In this document: piece by piece, positions 16,311 through 25,283 of the stretch
Numbering within the stretch: the first letter of the stretch is position 1
Layout of the letters: every line of letters starts with the position of its first letter
NCBI GenBank assembly: GCA_964453895.1
Contig: CAYVRZ010000013.1
Coordinates: 3,975-67,974 of the forward strand
Direction of reading: 5' to 3'
Source: an uncultured Pseudobdellovibrionaceae bacterium
GTDB taxonomy: Bacteria > Bdellovibrionota > Bdellovibrionia > Bdellovibrionales > UBA1609
Length of the DNA: 64,000 nucleotides
Made by a program: the position numbers and the translations under genes
The notes under the pieces: model-generated
What the model was told of the DNA's origin: nothing
The model's database searches: none
The model's input: only the letters and a program-made list of their open reading frames with translations

Positions 16311-17512
16311 AGCGCGTTCTGCCGATCCTTTTATTTTTGTATGTGCTGGCTTTGCATACGTCGATCGCTGGTATGGAGCTGTTTGGTTGGCTGCTCGGCG
16401 TTTTCGGAGTGGTGCTGGTGGTCACCGCCAAAGTCGACGCGAAGGGCTTTGTTAAGACGTATTTTTCTCTATTGTTGATGTTGCTTTTGCTTTTGCTTTG
16501 GGTGGCGGTGAGTTTGCTGTCGTCTGAGCTGCTCAGGCCCTTTCTCGAGCAGTGGGGTTTTCAACGGTGGACATTATTGCTGCCACTGTTGACCTTGGTG
16601 TTTGTGCATTTATGGTCGGCGGATTTTGAAAAGCGACTCTTGCAGGTTTGGGCGGTGGTGGCGTTGGTTACCGCGGGATACGCGATTTTGCAATTTCTGA
16701 CCGGCGTTGATTTTGTTCGTCCGGGCCAAGGCGCGGTGAACGCGCAAGACGGTGGAATTTTTAAAGCGGTTGGTTTTTTCTCGATGTCGTTGTCATTTTC
16801 GTATGTGATCGGGCAGTCGGCGTTCCCGATGGTGCGGTCTTTGTGGGCGCGGTATGGAGCCAAAATCGGCTTGGGCGCGGCATTGGTGATGGCCGCGGGA
16901 ATTGTCTCTGGTATGTCGCGCGGGGCTTGGTTTGCGGGTTTACTGGCGCTCGGGTTTTTTGTGGCCTGTGTGAAGCGGCGGTGGATTGTTCCGATGGTGG
17001 TGATCACCGCGCTGGGATTATTTGCGGCCTCACGTATGAACAGCGCGATTGGGCACAAAATCTCTGGTCTCGCTCAAGGTAAGGTCGATCATAGCTCGGC
17101 CGTGCGCTTTGATTTGTGGCGCTCCTATACGCGCATGTATTTAAACCACCCGGTGGTGGGAGTGGGAATTTTCGAGGGCGATAAGGTTTTGCCGGTCTAC
17201 TACAAACGGCTTAAGATTCAACAGACGTTCAAATCGCACGCGCACAATAATTTGCTGCAATGGTTGGCGGGGACGGGCACTCCCGGATTTTTATTGTTCC
17301 TTGGGATTAGTTTTTCGTTTTTATTTATGGCCTGGGAGTTGCGGCAGGTGACGCCGTGGGGCTGGGGATTGTTGCTTTCGCATATATATTGGCATTTGGG
17401 TGGGTTGACGGAGTGCAATTTCTTCGATGGCGAAGTGAACCATTTTATAATTTTCGGTTGGGCCCTGACCTGGGCGTTGCATTTTAAAAAAATCAGTCCT
17501 ACAACCCGTTAA
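16307..17512 (+). CDS. O-antigen ligase / O-antigen polymerase family (Wzy_C domain) membrane protein
   Basis: 401 aa, multi-pass membrane protein with a periplasmic loop containing SRGAW...H..HNNLLQWLAGTG, a pattern typical of the WaaL/Wzy_C family. Confidence 0.75.
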   Translation: MKRVLPILLFLYVLALHTSIAGMELFGWLLGVFGVVLVVTAKVDAKGFVKTYFSLLLMLLLLLLWVAVSLLSSELLRPFLEQWGFQRWTLLLPLLTLVFVHLWSADFEKRLLQVWAVVALVTAGYAILQFLTGVDFVRPGQGAVNAQDGGIFKAVGFFSMSLSFSYVIGQSAFPMVRSLWARYGAKIGLGAALVMAAGIVSGMSRGAWFAGLLALGFFVACVKRRWIVPMVVITALGLFAASRMNSAIGHKISGLAQGKVDHSSAVRFDLWRSYTRMYLNHPVVGVGIFEGDKVLPVYYKRLKIQQTFKSHAHNNLLQWLAGTGTPGFLLFLGISFSFLFMAWELRQVTPWGWGLLLSHIYWHLGGLTECNFFDGEVNHFIIFGWALTWALHFKKISPTTR

Positions 17513-17527
17513 CTCGGGGGGTCTGAA

Positions 17528-18064
17528 ATGTCTAAATCTATACTAGTATCTTTGGTTTTGTTGCTGTCGTCGTGGAATGTATTTGGCGCCAAGCTGCCGG
17601 TCACCAATGGCGTGCCGAATTTGCACAAACTCACCGACTCGATTTATCGCGGTGGGCGTGCCAATGAAGAAGGGATCGCCTATTTGGCGAGCCTGGGCAC
17701 AAAGACCATAATCAATTTCGAGTTTGATGAGGCGGCCATTAAATGGGAGCGGGCCGAGGCGAAAAAATACGGCATCAAGTACATCAGCCGACCGATGCAA
17801 TATAAAGTTGCGCCGACCGATGCGGAGATCGATAAAATTTTAGGAATGATGCAGGATCCGAAAAATTATCCGCTCTACATTCACTGCCGTCATGGCAAAG
17901 ACCGCACGGGGATCGTGTCGGCCATTTTCAATGTGGAAGTGCTCGGCTGGACGCCGGAGCGAGCTTATAAAGATATGCTCGACAAAGGTTTTGCCCGTTG
18001 GCACCGGGCGCTTGAGGCTTATTTTAAAAATAGAGCGGCACAGGTGCGAAAGAATGCGGCGTAA
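17528..18064 (+). CDS. Secreted dual-specificity/tyrosine phosphatase-family protein
   Basis: Signal peptide (MSKSILVSLVLLLSSWNVFGA) and the catalytic loop HCRHGKDRTG (HCx5R). Confidence 0.8.
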   Translation: MSKSILVSLVLLLSSWNVFGAKLPVTNGVPNLHKLTDSIYRGGRANEEGIAYLASLGTKTIINFEFDEAAIKWERAEAKKYGIKYISRPMQYKVAPTDAEIDKILGMMQDPKNYPLYIHCRHGKDRTGIVSAIFNVEVLGWTPERAYKDMLDKGFARWHRALEAYFKNRAAQVRKNAA

Positions 18065-18083
18065 ACTGGCCCACTTTCCTGTG
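18063..18083. repeat. IS terminal inverted repeat (left)
   Basis: AAACTGGCCCACTTTCCTGTG. It pairs with 19050-19070 (20/21). Confidence 0.8.
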
Positions 18084-18113
18084 TTTGTTTGGCCTTTACG
18101 ATGAGACTTCACG

Positions 18114-18995
18114 CTAGTTTTTAGTCAGTCGCTGATTGTGAAAATCCATGTAAAGCCACAGGTGGTCGGTCAAAGCTTCGGCTTTCTTGGTTGTGCACCA
18201 GGTTTTACGAAAAAGTCTGTTCACGTTTGCGCGAATCATCGCGCACGTGTGGTTTAAAGAGAATAGTGGATCGAAGACAACTTTTTTGAGTTCTCCCTGA
18301 CCCGTGATCGCGCCGCGCCGTCCTTTGGTGGTTTTGTGGCTATAAGAACTCGGATGTAGCCAGCCAGGATATTTCGGATTTTGGTCCGACGTCAGTTGCG
18401 CGTTCGGATCCAAAATAGTTGCAACTTCTCTAAATAACTTTCTCATCGCCATTCGACGATCGTCACGTCGAGGCCCGTATTTTTTAACTGCCTTTTTAGC
18501 CAAAAGCCCTTTAGCCGGCATAGAACTCACCTCGAAACCGAGGATCTTTCGTGTACCCTCCTCCACCATAAGAGCAATACTTAAGGGCTTTAGTTTTGTG
18601 TGCTCGTGAGTTTCCATTTCGTCGAACTGGACGCGAGTCACCGGTTTCCACGCGAATTGGCTAAGGTAGCGAATTTGCCGGAACCTCGCCTGCAACGCTA
18701 AAAATTTAAGTTTCCGTGCAACAGTGGTTCGCGAAATTTTCATTAAGAAACTGATTCGCCTTTGCGACTTGCCCGAGCACAAGTCCTCCTCGATCGTGCG
18801 GTTCAGGTGCCGTTTATTCTGACCGAACTCGGGAAGCCCAGTGGCTTCAGAGAAAGTTTTTGAGCAGTCACAGCATCGCCACCTGAGGATCCATTTTCGC
18901 TGAGATTTTCTGTAAAATCGGCCGTGCCGGATCTTATCTCCGAGATGCGGACACGGGTGAAGCTCAACTGCATTTAACTGTGGACAGGGATGCAT
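18114..18995 (-). CDS. Transposase (N-terminal Cys/His zinc-finger-like region, HTH, DDE-like core), IS1-family-like
   Basis: CPHLGDKIRHG...WRCCDCSKTF zinc-finger-like N-terminus. RISFLMKISRTTVARKL HTH. FDEMETH and TSDQNPKY acidic motifs. The C-terminal RANVNRLFRKTWCTTKK resembles the IS1 RLxRKTLxFSK block. Confidence 0.7.
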   Translation of the reverse strand: MHPCPQLNAVELHPCPHLGDKIRHGRFYRKSQRKWILRWRCCDCSKTFSEATGLPEFGQNKRHLNRTIEEDLCSGKSQRRISFLMKISRTTVARKLKFLALQARFRQIRYLSQFAWKPVTRVQFDEMETHEHTKLKPLSIALMVEEGTRKILGFEVSSMPAKGLLAKKAVKKYGPRRDDRRMAMRKLFREVATILDPNAQLTSDQNPKYPGWLHPSSYSHKTTKGRRGAITGQGELKKVVFDPLFSLNHTCAMIRANVNRLFRKTWCTTKKAEALTDHLWLYMDFHNQRLTKN

Positions 18996-19049
18996 TCAGG
19001 AAAACAAAAGCAATATCTCTGCCGAATCAAAATGTTATCGCCAACCGGC

Positions 19050-19070
19050 CACAGGAAAGTGGGTCAGTTT
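19050..19070. repeat. IS terminal inverted repeat (right)
   Basis: CACAGGAAAGTGGGTCAGTTT. It is the reverse complement of the left repeat with one mismatch. Confidence 0.8.
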
Positions 19071-20278
19071 TAAAACAGCAGACGAAACTGTCCGGCGCCG
19101 CCTTCCCAAGTCTCGCCTGAGCCGAAGCGGTCGCCGTCGAAGGTGAAGAGCAGGGCGAGTTCGCCGGCTTTAGAGAATTTCATAAGATATTTAATATTGA
19201 GCCGATGTTCGATTTCGCGATCGTCGCCGCGGGTGGTGGAGTCGCGGTTAAAGACCGTGCCGTCGTAACCGACGGACCAGGCCCGCTCGCCCCAAGCTTT
19301 GGCTTGGGCCGGAAAGTCGACCCAAAATACCGGCAATACTTCGCGATAGTATTCGCGCGCGTGATCGAGGTGAATTTCGCGGTAAAACACGTTGAGCCCG
19401 GGCCGAAGTTTAAGTGGACCGGCGTAAACTCCGTATTCAAATTGATTGAGTGAACGCAAGCGGGAATTGTTGGTGAGGGCCGCGTGATTTACGTCCCAGG
19501 CCCGGTCGAGCAAAATGCGGTAGCCGCAGGTGGAGCCGAGACCGAAAGTTTTAAGTCCGCTTAGGTACACGGAGCTATAGGACATGGTTCGCGTGGCGAC
19601 GCCACCGGTGGAGCGGACGGATTCGGGCTCGTAGTGAATCTCGAAACGGCCGAAGTCGGCGGGCGCTTTAACGGTGGTGCCGGTTAAGGTCCACGCCACG
19701 GGAGCTCGCGACCATTGATCGGCGAGCAAATTGCGTTCGTTGCGTTGAAAGTCTCCCCATAGGCCGACCAGTTGAACTTCTTTGTCTGGGTCGGGCTTAA
19801 AGGCAAGGGCGAGGCCCATATCATCTTCGCTCTTATATAGAGATGTTTGGCCGAGCATTGAGAAGAACCATTGCTCGCTTAGGCGAAATCGCAACTCAAG
19901 CGGCATGGCCACGCGGTCTTGCTCAAAATCCCGCTCTTGCAACCAGTGCAGGCGAAACTCCACAGACTCGCTCAGCGGCGCGTAGAGTTTTAACCGCTGG
20001 TAATTTAAAAATTGTTTGGACGAGACACTGCCCACCGAAAGGTCAAAGGCGCGATTCGAATTCCACCAAGTGCCGTCCCACTCGAGCGGCCGTTGATACA
20101 CTATAAAGTCACTTGAGGCTTCGGAGTCCCAATGCGTGTAGGAATCGAGCAGCAAAGCTTCGGGCTCGGTGGCGATATGATATTGCGAGTCGGTGATAAA
20201 GGCCGCGGCGGGGCTGGTGGTGAATCCGGCCACTACGGCGAGAAGGAATATAATTGCGGAGCCAGATAAATAACGCAT
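19070..20278 (-). CDS. Hypothetical outer-membrane beta-barrel-like protein
   Basis: Start preferred at ATG 20278 (MRYLSGSAIIFLLAVVAGFTTSPAAA, a signal peptide). Alternating aromatic/polar pattern and a C-terminal ...GQFRLLF ending in Phe, as in many OMPs. No family recognised. Confidence 0.45.
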   Translation of the reverse strand: MRYLSGSAIIFLLAVVAGFTTSPAAAFITDSQYHIATEPEALLLDSYTHWDSEASSDFIVYQRPLEWDGTWWNSNRAFDLSVGSVSSKQFLNYQRLKLYAPLSESVEFRLHWLQERDFEQDRVAMPLELRFRLSEQWFFSMLGQTSLYKSEDDMGLALAFKPDPDKEVQLVGLWGDFQRNERNLLADQWSRAPVAWTLTGTTVKAPADFGRFEIHYEPESVRSTGGVATRTMSYSSVYLSGLKTFGLGSTCGYRILLDRAWDVNHAALTNNSRLRSLNQFEYGVYAGPLKLRPGLNVFYREIHLDHAREYYREVLPVFWVDFPAQAKAWGERAWSVGYDGTVFNRDSTTRGDDREIEHRLNIKYLMKFSKAGELALLFTFDGDRFGSGETWEGGAGQFRLLF

Positions 20279-20306
20279 TGAATGACAAAAAATGCTTGGA
20301 GACCTT

Positions 20307-21464
20307 TTAGCCACCTAACTCGACTTTCGCGATGGTTTGCAGCTGCATGTTGGAGGTGCCCTCGTAAATTTGCCCGATTTTGCAATCGCGGAAGAATTTT
20401 TCGACCGGGTACTCTTTGGTGAAGCCGTTGCCGCCAAATAAATCGACGGCCAGCGAGCAAATGCGCTCGGCATTGCGCGAAGAGATCAATTTGCAAATCG
20501 CGGCGTCTTGCGTGAATGGCTGCTTGCTGTCTTTTAAGCGGGCCGCGTTGTACACATGCAGCCGTGAGCTTTCGAGTAGGCAGCGCATTTCGGCCAGCTG
20601 AAATTGCACACCCTGAAATTGGCCGATGGCTTTGCCGAATTGTTCGCGCGTTTTGACGTAATTGAGAGTGGCATCGTACGCGCCTTGCGAAATCCCCACC
20701 ATTTGCGCGCCAATCCCGATGCGGCCTTCATTGAGCGTTTCGATGGCGATTTTGTAGCCTTTGCCCACTTCGCCGATCATATTTTCTTTCGGCACTTGGC
20801 AATTTTCAAACAGCAGTTCGCAGGTCGAAGAGGCGCGAATGCCGAGCTTGTCTTCTTTTTTGCCGACTTTAAAGCCGGGGAAGCCGCGCTCGACAAAAAA
20901 GCCGGTGATGCCCTTATAACCTTTGCTGAAGTCGGTGTTGGCGAAGACTAAAAAGAGGTCGGCCTCGTGGGCGTTGGTGATCCATAATTTATGGCCGTTC
21001 AAAACAAAGTGCGAGCCTTTGTCTTCGGCTTTAAGTTTAAGCGCGAAGGCGTCGGAGCCGCTGCCACTTTCTGAAAGAGCGTAGGCGCCGATCTTTTGCT
21101 GCGCCAATTGCGGCAGATATTTTTTCTTTAAAGTGTCGGTGGCCCAATAATTTAAAGCATTGGTCACCAACGTATTTTGCACGTCGACCAAAACGCTCAC
21201 CGAGGCGTCGACCCGGCCCAGCTCTTCAATGGCCAGGCACGCCATCATAAAGGTGCCGCCGGCCCCGCCTAAGCTTTCAGGGGTTTCGATGCCCATGATG
21301 CCCATTTCGAACAGCTTTTTAATTAAACCCTTATCCATCTCGGCGTCGTGGTCCATTTTCGACACGAGGGGCTTGATTTCGCCCTCGGCAAATTCGCGAA
21401 TGGCGTTGCGAAAGGCGGTTTCGTCATCGGTCAGGGTGGTGAGTGCAAAACGTTGATCGCTCAT
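20307..21464 (-). CDS. Acyl-CoA dehydrogenase (short/branched-chain type)
   Basis: 385 aa. Family-typical blocks include TEPGSGSD-like LSESGSGSDAFAL, WITNA, and the C-terminal YEGTSNMQLQTIAK. Confidence 0.9.
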   Translation of the reverse strand: MSDQRFALTTLTDDETAFRNAIREFAEGEIKPLVSKMDHDAEMDKGLIKKLFEMGIMGIETPESLGGAGGTFMMACLAIEELGRVDASVSVLVDVQNTLVTNALNYWATDTLKKKYLPQLAQQKIGAYALSESGSGSDAFALKLKAEDKGSHFVLNGHKLWITNAHEADLFLVFANTDFSKGYKGITGFFVERGFPGFKVGKKEDKLGIRASSTCELLFENCQVPKENMIGEVGKGYKIAIETLNEGRIGIGAQMVGISQGAYDATLNYVKTREQFGKAIGQFQGVQFQLAEMRCLLESSRLHVYNAARLKDSKQPFTQDAAICKLISSRNAERICSLAVDLFGGNGFTKEYPVEKFFRDCKIGQIYEGTSNMQLQTIAKVELGG

Positions 21465-21517
21465 AGAGGCTCCTATGCGGCTTGACTGAATTAATTGTTA
21501 GGTTAAATTCTTGTGGA

Positions 21518-21907
21518 ATGCAAACGCCCTCTCGAGTCCTTATAGCTAAACCCGGATTGGACGGCCACGATCGTGGCGCCAAGGTTGTGGCCCGTGCTCT
21601 GCGCGATGCCGGCTTTGAGGTGATCTACACCGGTCTTCACCAAACCCCGCAAATGGTGGTGGAGGCCGCGGTTCAGGAGGATGTGGATATCGTGGGCTTG
21701 AGCATTTTGTCGGGCGCCCATGTACCGCTGGTGACCGCGGTTCTTGAGCTGTTCAAAACCCGGGGTGTTTCGACGCCGGTTTTTGTGGGCGGCATTATTC
21801 CGGACGATGATGCGAAGCTTCTAAAGTCTAAGGGTGTGGCGGCCGTGTTCGGGCCGGGTACGACCATGGTGGATATTGTTAAAAAAATTAAGACCGTGTT
21901 GGCCTAG
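21518..21907 (+). CDS. Cobalamin (B12)-binding domain protein, methylmalonyl-CoA mutase C-terminal/small-subunit type
   Basis: Contains [34 protein letters not shown], with the DxHxxG B12-binding motif, and GLSILSGAH. Start taken at ATG 21518. Confidence 0.85.
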   Translation: MQTPSRVLIAKPGLDGHDRGAKVVARALRDAGFEVIYTGLHQTPQMVVEAAVQEDVDIVGLSILSGAHVPLVTAVLELFKTRGVSTPVFVGGIIPDDDAKLLKSKGVAAVFGPGTTMVDIVKKIKTVLA

Positions 21908-22297
21908 GTCGGTCTTTTGGGTCCCAATTCAAAATTTTAGGGGAATTCCTATGGCTCAGAGGCCGGATTGGTTTCGCTATGTCTCTGCATTTTTGATCCG
22001 TTGGGCGCGATTGAACCTAAGGGGGCTTTTGATTAAGTAAGCTTTCTGCGCCACGCAAATATAAATAATATTTGACGATGGTTTGCACGATCCACCTCTT
22101 GCCGTGAGCCTGCCTTTTGATTTTATCACCAAGCTTCATTCGATGATATCGCAAGCCGCCCATATGCAATCGTGCCGCGTTTAATTGTCTTTTGAAGAGT
22201 CATCTTGATGTTCAACTACACTTTAGAAATCTGCAAAAATGTTGGTTTTGAAACCTGTGATATGAATTTGGCGGACGCATTCCAAGGGAGGGTTAAA

Positions 22298-23242
22298 ATG
22301 AATCTCAAAAATATTTCAGATCAAGTTCTGCTCGAGCGAACAGAAAAATTGGTTCAGCGTGAACGCGAACTGCTCGGCGAAGTTTTGCATCACTTAAAAG
22401 AGATTGAACGGCGGCGGTTGTTTTCTCAGCTTGGGTACAAATCTATTTTTGACTACGCTACAAAGAAATTGGGCTACGCAGAAGATCAAGCTGCGCGTCG
22501 GATTTCAGCAATGCGACTGTTAAAAGAATTGCCAGAGATAGAATCTAAGATCGCCGATGGCTCGTTGACGCTGACCAATCTGAGTATGGCGCAGACTTTG
22601 TTTCGGCAAGAGAGTAAAAGAATGTCAGCCGGCATGGGCGATAGCGGTTTTAGCAAAAATGAAAAATTAGAGGTCTTATCTAAGATCGAGAACAAGTCCA
22701 AGCGCGAGGCGGAGAAAGTGATCATCGCTCATTCTTCTGAGCCCGCGCAGTTAACGGGCGAACGCATCCGGGCGGTGACCGAGACGCATGTCGAAATCAA
22801 ATTTATAGCCAACAATGAGTTGCAGCAAAAGCTAAGCAAGATCAAAGGGCTTCTCGCGCATTCACATCCGAGTTTAAGCATGGCTGAAGCGATCGATTTG
22901 CTTTGTGATATGGCCATTCAGAAGCTAGATCCGGCCGAGAAAGCAAAGAAAATGGTGGTACGAAAAACGGGAGTAACCGCAAAATCACCCGCGCCGGACA
23001 TTAAACGTCGCATCACCGCCGGTGAGCGTCGGCAAGTTTGGACGCGCGCTGGTAGCCAATGCCAAAACTGCGGCTCGACTCACGCACTTCAAATTGACCA
23101 CATTCAGCCAAAAGCTTTGGGGGGATCCGATGAGACAAAAAACCTCAGGCTCTTGTGCCGACCCTGCAACCAAAGGTCAGCGATTGATAGTTTAGGCCTG
23201 ACTAAAATGCAGCGCTATTTAGATTGGCCATCGGGCGGCTGA
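22298..23242 (+). CDS. HNH endonuclease-domain protein (DUF222-like N-terminal region)
   Basis: C-terminal CQNCGSTHALQIDHIQPKALGGSDETKNLRLLCRPCN (HNH motif). N-terminus LLERTEKLVQRERELLGEVLHHLKEIERRRLF. The ATG at 22298 is preceded by GGGAGGG. Confidence 0.8.
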   Translation: MNLKNISDQVLLERTEKLVQRERELLGEVLHHLKEIERRRLFSQLGYKSIFDYATKKLGYAEDQAARRISAMRLLKELPEIESKIADGSLTLTNLSMAQTLFRQESKRMSAGMGDSGFSKNEKLEVLSKIENKSKREAEKVIIAHSSEPAQLTGERIRAVTETHVEIKFIANNELQQKLSKIKGLLAHSHPSLSMAEAIDLLCDMAIQKLDPAEKAKKMVVRKTGVTAKSPAPDIKRRITAGERRQVWTRAGSQCQNCGSTHALQIDHIQPKALGGSDETKNLRLLCRPCNQRSAIDSLGLTKMQRYLDWPSGG

Positions 23243-23328
23243 TATTCCCTTGTTGACCATGGATTTGACGCCGAGAACTGCCAAATGTATCGTTACTTAG
23301 GACCTCAAGCTTAATTAAGGAAATAAAA

Positions 23329-23724
23329 ATGGAAACATTTAAGGCGACTACTGCGTTCTACGATGTGCAAGACATGGATAGGGCCGTAAAGTTTTATACA
23401 GAAAAGCTAGGATTCCCATTAAAGGTCCGTTTTGGTGATAACTGGGCGGAAGTTGATGCGGGTTCCATTTCAATAGGACTGCACCCAACCGAAGATGGCG
23501 CTCCGGTTTCAAGCGAGGGCGGAGCTACTGTCTCCTTTGCGGTGAGTGATCTCGAGGCTGTGGTTAAGCAGCTCAAAGGCCGCGGCGTCGAAGTTGGAGA
23601 AATTCGAAACCCCCCTCGGGGAAAGTTTGCAATGGTGAAAGACTCCGAGGGCAATTACCTTCACATGATCGAGTTCGCGAAAAAGTGGAAAGACGAAAAT
23701 AGCTATAAGCCTGGCGCCAATTAA
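23329..23724 (+). CDS. VOC-family (glyoxalase/bleomycin-resistance fold) protein
   Basis: 131 aa. Contains DMDRAVKFYTEKLGF and paired beta-alpha-beta-beta-beta module pattern sequences. Confidence 0.75.
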   Translation: METFKATTAFYDVQDMDRAVKFYTEKLGFPLKVRFGDNWAEVDAGSISIGLHPTEDGAPVSSEGGATVSFAVSDLEAVVKQLKGRGVEVGEIRNPPRGKFAMVKDSEGNYLHMIEFAKKWKDENSYKPGAN

Positions 23725-23752
23725 ATAATCAGGGCTTCTGGCGGTTGCGGCA

Positions 23753-25165
23753 CTATTCCCAACTCATCGAGTGCATTTTTTCGAGCACGCCTTTTTTCTC
23801 TAATTTCTCATAGGTCTCGGTACCCAAATACACCCGCGGGATAAAATTGCGGTACTGCGAGAGCACCTTCATCAAAGATTGCGAGACATCGACCAGTAAG
23901 CGCAGCTCACCATGGCGGGTGAGCACTTTGACCGTATCGCTTGAGTTGATCGGGTCTTTTTTATCTTTTTTGAACGAATCCGAATTGCGGGTAAACATCA
24001 CGTCGCGGGTCGGGATGTCGTCAATCACCCAGGCGTTTTTGTCGACCGCGCGCACTTCGTCTTTGATCCAGGCGACGGCGCGCTGGCACTGGGCCACGAG
24101 CGAGCGCCTGTGTTCTTCGTCGCGCACGACGGTGGGCTTTAGCGGCGCGATGCGAATCTGTGCCGGTGGCATACGGCGCGCGAGCATATCGCTGAGTTCA
24201 CCGATCATGGGATGCTTGACTCGCCCGGCGAGGTATTCGTGCAGTTTGGCCATAAAATAGGAGTCATTGAACGTAAAGTACTCGTTCGGGTTCATGGCCA
24301 CTTTGTCCATCAAGGTTTCAAACGAGTAGCTGAGCTTGTTCTCGAGAAAGTACTCTTGAATTTTTGCGGCGATGAGATCGAATTTGTAGCCCGTGCCCTC
24401 GTGAATAATTTGCGAATACCAAAAGTAGCGGGCGACGAGAAAGGAATCGACCACGTTGATGCCGTCTTCGTGAATGCACAACATCGATTTGCCGTTGCTG
24501 CTGTGAAGGCGTAGCGCCCGAATCAAAAAATCCAGGTCGAACAAGCCGATTTTTACGCCCGAGTGATAGGCGTCGCGAATTAAATAGTCCATGCGATCGG
24601 CATCCACATCGGCGTGCATCAGTTGATTGGCCAAGATGTTGTCGCTTTTTCCGGCGATAATGCGCGAGAGCTCGAGGGGATCAATGCCCTCTTCTTTAAG
24701 AATCCGCGTGAGGCCGCCGTCGAAGTCGGTGTTGAGCAAAATGTGCGAGCCGAGCACTTCGTGGTTGGCTACGTACTTGGGCTTAGTCTCTTGCGATTGA
24801 TGCCGCCAAAAATTGATGTAGCCCATTTCGACCGAGTGGGAAAACGGGAAAGTCCCTATATCATGTAGCATGGCCGCGAGCCGCATCATGCGGTGAAAGG
24901 TGGTTTTTTCGTCGCGGGCTTTGGGGTCGAAAAGTTTTTCTTCGCTGGCGGCGATGCCGAGGCCGCGCAAGATGCGATCCATCACATGCGAAACGCCGAG
25001 CGCGTGGGCATGACGGGTGTGGGTTGCGCCGGGAAAAATATAAAAGCTAAAGCCCAGCTGCCGAATCCACCTTAGGCGCTGGTAGTACAGGGTTTCTAAG
25101 ATACGGGTTTCGACGCGGTTGAGCGTGATGTAGCCGTGGATGTTGTCAAAGATGACCTTCTTCAC
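23753..25165 (-). CDS. HD-domain phosphohydrolase (dNTP triphosphohydrolase/SAMHD1-like family)
   Basis: Contains NIHGYITL...RLRWIRQLGF...THTRHAHALGVSHV...MLHDIGTFPFSH...DADRMDYL, the canonical H..HD..D pattern of COG1078-type HD proteins. 470 aa. Confidence 0.8.
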   Translation of the reverse strand: MKKVIFDNIHGYITLNRVETRILETLYYQRLRWIRQLGFSFYIFPGATHTRHAHALGVSHVMDRILRGLGIAASEEKLFDPKARDEKTTFHRMMRLAAMLHDIGTFPFSHSVEMGYINFWRHQSQETKPKYVANHEVLGSHILLNTDFDGGLTRILKEEGIDPLELSRIIAGKSDNILANQLMHADVDADRMDYLIRDAYHSGVKIGLFDLDFLIRALRLHSSNGKSMLCIHEDGINVVDSFLVARYFWYSQIIHEGTGYKFDLIAAKIQEYFLENKLSYSFETLMDKVAMNPNEYFTFNDSYFMAKLHEYLAGRVKHPMIGELSDMLARRMPPAQIRIAPLKPTVVRDEEHRRSLVAQCQRAVAWIKDEVRAVDKNAWVIDDIPTRDVMFTRNSDSFKKDKKDPINSSDTVKVLTRHGELRLLVDVSQSLMKVLSQYRNFIPRVYLGTETYEKLEKKGVLEKMHSMSWE

Positions 25166-25283
25166 TCTTTGATTATCGGCTTAAATCGCCGCAATGATTC
25201 GCTCTTAATGACTCTCCTGGACGTAGGACCTAGTAGTCAGGGCCAGGGACTCAAGCTAAAGTCGGGAGAATGGTGGTGTGAGA

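Larger units (their letters stand above)
18063..19070 (-). mobile_element. Insertion sequence (~1.0 kb) with 21-bp terminal inverted repeats and one transposase ORF, IS1-family-like
   Basis: Left end AAACTGGCCCACTTTCCTGTG (18063-18083). Right end CACAGGAAAGTGGGTCAGTTT (19050-19070), which is the reverse complement with 1 mismatch (20/21). The repeats enclose a single 293-aa ORF. My 60-nt sample gives 47% GC, lower than the flanks. Confidence 0.8.

Noticed and set aside
22040-22210. Short minus-strand frames (~25 and ~55 codons) in the long spacer upstream of the HNH gene
   Set aside because: They are too short and I could not assign them to any family. I mention them only as possible gene remnants within the spacer finding, not as features.
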